From positions 310,001-374,000 of the forward strand of contig JALMLS010000015.1 in the NCBI GenBank assembly GCA_038496445.1: a stretch of DNA of 64,000 bases. The letters run 5' to 3'. The stretch's first letter is position 1; each line of letters starts with the position of its first letter. The notes under the pieces were generated by a model. The model had not been told where the DNA came from. It searched no databases and saw nothing but the letters and a program-made list of their open reading frames with translations. The DNA comes from Trichosphaerium sp. ATCC 40318 (Eukaryota; Protista; Tubulinea). The translations under genes and the position numbers were made by a program. Shown here in pieces: positions 63,280 to 64,000 of this stretch.

Positions 63280-63950
63280 TTACACAAATAAACATTTCTT
63301 ACTTCCTTTCTTCTTATGTTTTGGTTTTTCTTGTCTTCGTATTTTTCTCACTGTTTCTTTAAATATCTCTGTAACGTTCCTACCAGTTTTTGCAGAAGTT
63401 AAAAAAAAACTTGCGTTGATTTTATCAGAGAAAGTTTTGGCATCAGTCTCAGGTACTTGTATATTCTCTTCAAGATCACACTTATTCCCAGCTACTACTA
63501 TAGGTATATAATCCTGTTCACAAAGAGCATCCTTTATACGACTATAATGATCTTCTAGTTCATCTAAACTTTGTTTTTCCGTCAAAGAAAAAACTAAAAT
63601 AAAGCCATCCGCCTCTTTGTAATACTAAAACGCAATGTCACGTGCGTAATTCGCCTTTTTTATTTTTTTTAAAAGTAAACTCCCGTACCATAGTCCGCAG
63701 TGCTGAGAACTCTTCCTGCCCTGCAGTGTCGATTATATCCAATAGAGCTATTTGATTATCAACTGATATCTGTTTTCTGTAAGCATCTTCAATTGTAGGA
63801 TCTAAAAAGATCGTTATTCCTTCTACTGTTCTCTAGGAGCTTACCATAGTCTACAACGAAGGCATTCTTTACAAATTTTATAGCAAGAGCCGTTTTACCA
63901 GTACCACCCGCCCCCAATAATATTATAGATACATTATTGATGTTTGACAT
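63280..63950 (-). CDS. Ras-family small GTPase with canonical motifs (two introns)
   Basis: [33 protein letters not shown], polybasic region and CLFV CAAX. Confidence 0.93.
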
Positions 63951-64000
63951 TTGGGAAAAGAGAACAGCTTGCGATGATCAAAATTTCTTTTTAGTTTGAT

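Noticed and set aside
1-64000. Alternative genetic code or stop-codon readthrough as the cause of fragmented ORFs
   Set aside because: The breaks are explained by canonical GT-AG introns; TAA and TGA end genes normally and the long intronless ORFs need no reassignment.

Overview
AT-rich, gene-dense eukaryotic (protist-like) genomic DNA. Most genes carry many short GT-AG introns (typically about 40-70 nt, often with GTACGT or GTAAGT donors), so the ORF track fragments them. The gene models below were spliced by eye and their boundaries are approximate. Identifiable genes: a reeler/mucin GPI-type protein, a JmjC oxygenase, an isochorismatase, three paralogous zinc-ribbon AAA+ ATPases, an M14 carboxypeptidase, a type-B carboxylesterase, a PhyH dioxygenase, a rhodanese/dual-specificity phosphatase, a YbaK deacylase, a bacterial-type trypsin-like protease, a large mucin-tailed surface protein, CSN4, two Ras-family genes, and a SUMO-like/LRR/LSD1-zinc-finger protein. 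There is an unusual density of cullin-adaptor-type genes (F-box alone or with SPRY, LRR, MORN/YwqK or helical repeats; one BTB fragment). Several of these are intronless or nearly so and resemble giant-virus gene architectures. The 26-36 kb stretch is a birth-and-death zone with pseudogenes and MITEs, including a clear hAT MITE with an 8-bp TSD. The most striking unexplained signal is about 55 copies of the palindrome CACGTG (manual count; about 6-7 expected from composition), mostly in introns and intergenic DNA and sometimes paired in hairpins.
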